In this document: piece after piece, positions 59,688 to 64,000 of the stretch
How the letters are laid out: the number at the start of each line of letters is the position of its first letter
How positions within the stretch are numbered: the stretch's first letter is position 1
Virus record (IMG/VR): IMGVR_UViG_3300012953_000016
Coordinates: 1 to 64,000 of that record
Direction: 5' to 3' (one strand)
From: a virus
DNA: 64,000 bases
Program-made: the position numbers and the translations under genes
Notes under the pieces: generated by a model
Database searches by the model: none
The model's input: the letters and a program-made list of their open reading frames with translations, nothing else
What the model was told of the DNA's origin: nothing

Positions 59688-60662
59688 TTATAATAGTGAA
59701 CCACTTTTTATCGAACCGATTAAATGATATAAACGGTCTGTCGATCTCCATGGCTTAGCAGTCTTTTTAGCATGTAAGAAATCGATTTTACTCATTTCGC
59801 CGACATCGCTAAACTGTCCAAGGTCTAAAACTCTAACCTGAATTCCATATGAAGATAACAATTTACAATACTTTTGTGTCTTATCATTCATATCAGAATC
59901 TAGGGCTAATAAGACTGGAGTCTTATTTTTTATAATCTTCCGGAATACTGCATACTCTTCAGAGAAATGTGAACCCAGAAGGCATGTTGAGTTGCTATCA
60001 CATTTCGTAAGATCCATAGGGCCTTCGACAAGTGTTAGCTCTTTAGACCAATCGATGTTTATCTCATTAAAGATAACATTTTTCTTTGAAACCTTAGCAT
60101 TCAAATACTTCATCTTATTCTCGTCTTTATCAATTGTTCGGGCCACGAAGTAATTTAGATCACCGACGTCATTAAACGATGGCATAATAAGTCGTCTTCT
60201 AAACTTTCCTTTAGTACATGTACCAAGTTTAAAGTACCAAAAGTCACGGTTCGTCAAATTTCTAGATCTTGCATACCTAATTGTCTCTTGAACATCAGGA
60301 TCTCTCAAAGAAACGCTAGTAGCTAAAAGCTTAAACCCATCCGGAGGTATTACTACTTCTTCTTCCTGAGTGTCTGTCGCAACAAATTTCTTTTTACCAG
60401 CAAATTTATTTTCATACTCATGCAGATGACCAGGAAAATATTTCCTCAACATACCATGAAGTGTTCGACCTCTTAAATCACAAACCCAACAATGAAACTG
60501 GTCACTGTCTATTTTGATAATTAGTTTTTTCTTTGAAGAAACGCCATATGATCCACATCTAGGGTTGGGGCAACACACAGCAACGTTAAGGCCATCAGTG
60601 CCAACGACACATGTGCCAAACATCTTGTTCAAAAACCTAATTTTATCGCTCACAGTAGACAT
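59688..60662 (-). CDS. DNA primase (Zn finger + TOPRIM, T4 gp61-like)
   Basis: CCP...C...HCWVC, Y...R, RL.MPS, YFVAR, KYLN, LVEG..D, LALDSD. Confidence 0.88.
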   Translation of the reverse strand: MSTVSDKIRFLNKMFGTCVVGTDGLNVAVCCPNPRCGSYGVSSKKKLIIKIDSDQFHCWVCDLRGRTLHGMLRKYFPGHLHEYENKFAGKKKFVATDTQEEEVVIPPDGFKLLATSVSLRDPDVQETIRYARSRNLTNRDFWYFKLGTCTKGKFRRRLIMPSFNDVGDLNYFVARTIDKDENKMKYLNAKVSKKNVIFNEINIDWSKELTLVEGPMDLTKCDSNSTCLLGSHFSEEYAVFRKIIKNKTPVLLALDSDMNDKTQKYCKLLSSYGIQVRVLDLGQFSDVGEMSKIDFLHAKKTAKPWRSTDRLYHLIGSIKSGSLL

Positions 60663-60670
60663 CTTAATTT

Positions 60671-60699
60671 AATATACCCAAGGAACGTATAAGTGTTCA
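60671..60699 (-). promoter_or_regulatory. Sigma70-like promoter TGAACA-N17-TATATT (near-leaderless)
   Basis: The -10 box lies 8 nt from the primase ATG; no SD. Confidence 0.55.
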
Positions 60700-60735
60700 T
60701 TGTAACAAGAAAAATATTGAATTTTTATTTTACAA

Positions 60736-61299
60736 CTAGTTTCTGTCTTGACTAGCTATTTTTGACCCTGCCATGGCGATGACATATGCATCTGCGGAGT
60801 CGAAACAACCAGGATCTAAAATCTTTGTATCTTTTCGAGGGCCGCTCTTTAAAGTCTTGAGGGGCCAGCGGTATGTAACCTTATTGTCTACCCAGTCGAA
60901 AACCTGCTCTTTAGTAGGCTTTCCACCTTTTTTCTTCGAGATTATCTTAAGCCCAACTGCTTTCCTAGCTACATTTACATTAATATATTCAGGGGGGCAG
61001 GTAAACTCTTGTTGGGCAAGATAACTTATAATACCATTAAACCTCGCTAAGGTAAGAAGTGTTTTTGCAGACGAGAAACCCGGTCGGAATGCTTGAAGAT
61101 TTTCTTCTATGTACACACTAGTTATTCTATATTGGGTATGTAATGAAGACAGCCTCTCTAGGACTACCTGGGCCTTGTGGTAGGATGATAACTTATTACT
61201 AAGGGGAATATATCCCATATCAACAAATGACCCCTCAGAGGTTACTATACACCAACCGGTACAACTAGTCGAAATATCTAATCCTAAACTATAATTCAC
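60736..61299 (-). CDS. RuvC-like Holliday junction resolvase
   Basis: LGLDIST..TGW, YIEE, L..FNG, KEQV, D.ADAYVIA. Confidence 0.85.
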   Translation of the reverse strand: MNYSLGLDISTSCTGWCIVTSEGSFVDMGYIPLSNKLSSYHKAQVVLERLSSLHTQYRITSVYIEENLQAFRPGFSSAKTLLTLARFNGIISYLAQQEFTCPPEYINVNVARKAVGLKIISKKKGGKPTKEQVFDWVDNKVTYRWPLKTLKSGPRKDTKILDPGCFDSADAYVIAMAGSKIASQDRN

Positions 61300-64000
61300 T
61301 AAAAATCTACCTTAACCCTAAATGTCAAATTGTCAGCATCACGTTTCATGATTGGCTGAGCTAAATTAGTCCTTGCTACAATATTAAGGTTCTCGTCATG
61401 AAAGTTCAACCCAGTAACATAAACAAATTCAGTGTTCTCTTCGCTAGCAAATGTCGAGGCTTGGAGAGATTCATATCTTGGATTAGAACTTGAATTAATT
61501 TGGCCGGCTTGACATGGTACCATGACTTCCATTATGTGGATATTATGATGACCTTCTAGATTAACTTCAAACTGCTCTTTGCCAAAATATGGAATGCAAG
61601 GATTATGCACTATTGCAATGCCTTCTTCATATATTATATTCCCCACGCTTGACCATGTAGGATGAGGAGACTCGGCATCAGCCCTATATAAGCAACCATG
61701 GCCGTTGTCTCTTAGCGTAACCTTTACCTTACCACCAGAGCCGGTTAAGTCATGATCAATTAATTCGAATGTCTTCCCGGTTATCTTTTTTCCATAAAAT
61801 AAATTAGATACATCAAAAAATACAACTTCATTTGATGAAGTATCCCTAGTCCTCTGTAGTATTGCTAATACTGAGCCAGGTGCAACACCTGGATTTTCAG
61901 GTGTGGAACCAGCAACGGTTGCAAATATAGAATCACTACTAGTATCATCATCCCCAGACGAATCAACTGCAATCAGTCCTGGGTACATCATTTCTTCAGG
62001 AACCATATTACGTAAAGACACAAGACCATAATCAATTGAACCATAATCATTAATGAATTTTGAGGTTTCATGAGTAGAATCTGGCTTAGACTCATAACTT
62101 CCTGATGCTAGAATCGTAAAGTCCGGTATAAACTTGCCGTTGTCACAAGGAAGTATAGAAAGATTCCTTTTCCTGATTGAAGAATCTTCATTCAAGAATT
62201 CATTTGCCTCTTTTTCTTCCTGTGTAGTAGTATCAATGGTAGAACCGGTTAGGTTCATTAGGAGCGGGTACTCACCTTTTACAAATTCTCTAGAGAAATT
62301 CTCCAAATTCAGTAGGTGGCCGCCGACGCCAAACGACATTGCCACGTTAAATGGATCGTCTGTTGTTGATTTCATAGTCTGGAATGGCGTCAACATCACT
62401 TCCCTTTCACGGGTTTCTTTAACGAAAAATGGAGGGAGATAAAATAACAGAAATTCCTCTAGTTCTTCAATCCCGTCCTTTTGGGTCGACCAGATCTGAG
62501 GCAGGGTTCTGTATTCATTCCATATTTTGACTTCATGGATTTCTGCGTTCAGTGGATGACGTAATTGATACTGGTTCGGCTCTAATGGATCCGGATCTTC
62601 AGCTGTCCACCCAGACTCAGAGTCAACGTCGTCTAAGCGGCCCCATGTAACACCATGCTTCTCTGCAGCTTCATAGCTAAAGAACCCTTGAACATATTGA
62701 GTATTGTTTGAATCTAGAGTTAAAACCTGATTGTACACATAAGTTGCATCATGCTCTGCGCATGCAGCACCTAAGTTTGCATGCAGTGATTGTGATAAAA
62801 CCGGAGTATACTCAAGGTCAGGTATTGTGTAATTCGTTAGCGCGTCAAAATATGTTTCTCTAAGCTCAGAGTCAGTGACTGCTGGATCACCTAATGCAAC
62901 AGGTATATCTTCGGCAAATACTTCAATACCAGAGCTGTTTGTCCATATACCGACCTGAGGTGTACCGGGAGCAGCGGACGGGTGATCACCTTTTTCCTGA
63001 ATATACCATGCATATTCTTCTGATACGTGATCTCCTTCTATGGTTGGATTACCATCAGCGTCTAAATAAGACGTAAGCTGACTGTATGACGCTCCATTTT
63101 TTCCTTCAAAGTAATTTCCTACAAACAATGCTGCAGGATCTGCCTCAATATCTGTGTCGCTATTAGAAGTACCGGGAACAACACCTTCTGGTGTAAAGTC
63201 ATCATATGCCCATGGCTCAACATCACCAAACTCTTGAGGTATGCTTAAGTCTAGAATGCCTAAACCATCGTCGTCTGGCAGATTAAACTCAGAGTCAATT
63301 TTCCCATCTATTATAATTTGAGCCTTGCCATCGTCAATTAGCTCTGTACCATACCGAATAACGACATGATACCAGTGGTTCCTCAATAGTGAATTATCTG
63401 TAGAGAGATATACCTTGTTTGAAGATTCGACCTGTTCGAGTGTTGCATCAATGATGCCATCGTCATCAGGATCTGAGTTTTCCCAAGTTTCAGTACTATA
63501 ATCATAATACTTGGTATATCCATACTCTCCATTTTCTAGATATGGAATATGGGAGGGGGGAATATCTGCGGACGAGCTTAACTGTAGCATTATACGGAAT
63601 GCATCTGGATGACCAGCGGGGTCGATATGGCTACCGGTGACCAAGCTTATCGCATAGCTAGATGACATATGAAGAATTGTTCCCGCGTTAAACTGGTGTG
63701 AGTGATCTCTATCAACAACAACATGATCTCGGCCCCCGTCTAAATCAAGTTCAGATATATCAGTAGAATATACTGTTGGGCTTCCTACGGAGTTCCATGA
63801 AAAAGTATTAGCATTTGTATTTGCAAATGCATCACGTGCATCTTCATCGACTTCAGTTGCTAGCTCATACTTCTTTACCCACTCCCATGTTGTCAATACT
63901 GTAATACCATCTACGTCTAAAGACTCAACAAATGGTGGCGCAGCGTCAACAGTCGTTGACCAAGTCATTTCATCCCAAGCGCCGTACACAAGAGGATCAT
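61299..64000 (-). CDS. Large baseplate/tail-fibre-associated protein with LamG-like domain (5' end outside window)
   Basis: Frame stays open to the window edge; WYHVVIR...IDG...IHEVKIW LamG-like motifs; C-terminal VGNI.YEEG, S.NP, YVTGLN.HDEN.N.VA...LAQP..K......F.VK.DF. Confidence 0.7.
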   Translation of the reverse strand, partial: DPLVYGAWDEMTWSTTVDAAPPFVESLDVDGITVLTTWEWVKKYELATEVDEDARDAFANTNANTFSWNSVGSPTVYSTDISELDLDGGRDHVVVDRDHSHQFNAGTILHMSSSYAISLVTGSHIDPAGHPDAFRIMLQLSSSADIPPSHIPYLENGEYGYTKYYDYSTETWENSDPDDDGIIDATLEQVESSNKVYLSTDNSLLRNHWYHVVIRYGTELIDDGKAQIIIDGKIDSEFNLPDDDGLGILDLSIPQEFGDVEPWAYDDFTPEGVVPGTSNSDTDIEADPAALFVGNYFEGKNGASYSQLTSYLDADGNPTIEGDHVSEEYAWYIQEKGDHPSAAPGTPQVGIWTNSSGIEVFAEDIPVALGDPAVTDSELRETYFDALTNYTIPDLEYTPVLSQSLHANLGAACAEHDATYVYNQVLTLDSNNTQYVQGFFSYEAAEKHGVTWGRLDDVDSESGWTAEDPDPLEPNQYQLRHPLNAEIHEVKIWNEYRTLPQIWSTQKDGIEELEEFLLFYLPPFFVKETREREVMLTPFQTMKSTTDDPFNVAMSFGVGGHLLNLENFSREFVKGEYPLLMNLTGSTIDTTTQEEKEANEFLNEDSSIRKRNLSILPCDNGKFIPDFTILASGSYESKPDSTHETSKFINDYGSIDYGLVSLRNMVPEEMMYPGLIAVDSSGDDDTSSDSIFATVAGSTPENPGVAPGSVLAILQRTRDTSSNEVVFFDVSNLFYGKKITGKTFELIDHDLTGSGGKVKVTLRDNGHGCLYRADAESPHPTWSSVGNIIYEEGIAIVHNPCIPYFGKEQFEVNLEGHHNIHIMEVMVPCQAGQINSSSNPRYESLQASTFASEENTEFVYVTGLNFHDENLNIVARTNLAQPIMKRDADNLTFRVKVDF

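Noticed and set aside
2479-63076. Many plus-strand ORFs, some over 200 aa (e.g. 26748..27554, 33216..34082, 29787..30470)
   Set aside because: They lie antisense to well-supported genes, show no recognisable motifs and have shadow-frame composition.
1-64000. Stop-codon reassignment, as in some large phages
   Set aside because: Genes are full length in code 11, and TAA, TAG and TGA all end genes at tight junctions.
1-64000. tRNA genes, CRISPR arrays, integrase, transposases or reverse transcriptase
   Set aside because: None were recognised by eye and intergenic gaps are short; tRNAscan-SE and a CRISPR finder would confirm.

Overview
A 64-kb segment of a large, distantly T4-like myophage genome, with every credible gene on the minus strand in the standard genetic code. 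In transcription order (right to left) it holds: a partial LamG-containing baseplate/fibre protein, RuvC, primase, a fused Mre11-Rad50 (gp47-gp46), terminase, portal, prohead protease, scaffold, major capsid protein, decoration paralogs, neck proteins gp13/14/15, two tail sheaths, tail tube, a chaperone pair, tape measure and baseplate genes. Then come a minimal PolA, HD and MazG-like genes, gp32 SSB, RecA/UvsX, a 5'-3' exonuclease, gp41 helicase, class II RNR, ClpP, two peptidoglycan hydrolases, ThyX, a DUF5659-like gene and a partial acidic virion gene. The most notable observations are: (1) a probable +1/-2 programmed frameshift at a U7 run joining the tail chaperone ORFs; (2) a two-class promoter system, with a late ATANNTA motif and a sigma70-like TGWACA-N16/17-TATNNT motif that gives near-leaderless primase and PolA mRNAs; (3) an ORF-less ~110-nt promoter-hairpins-terminator unit beside DUF5659 that shares motifs with the leader of the next gene; (4) a structured, possibly pseudoknotted leader on the capsid decoration gene; (5) nested acidic domains inside a 1649-aa sheath. 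All calls come from reading motifs by eye; no database searches were run.
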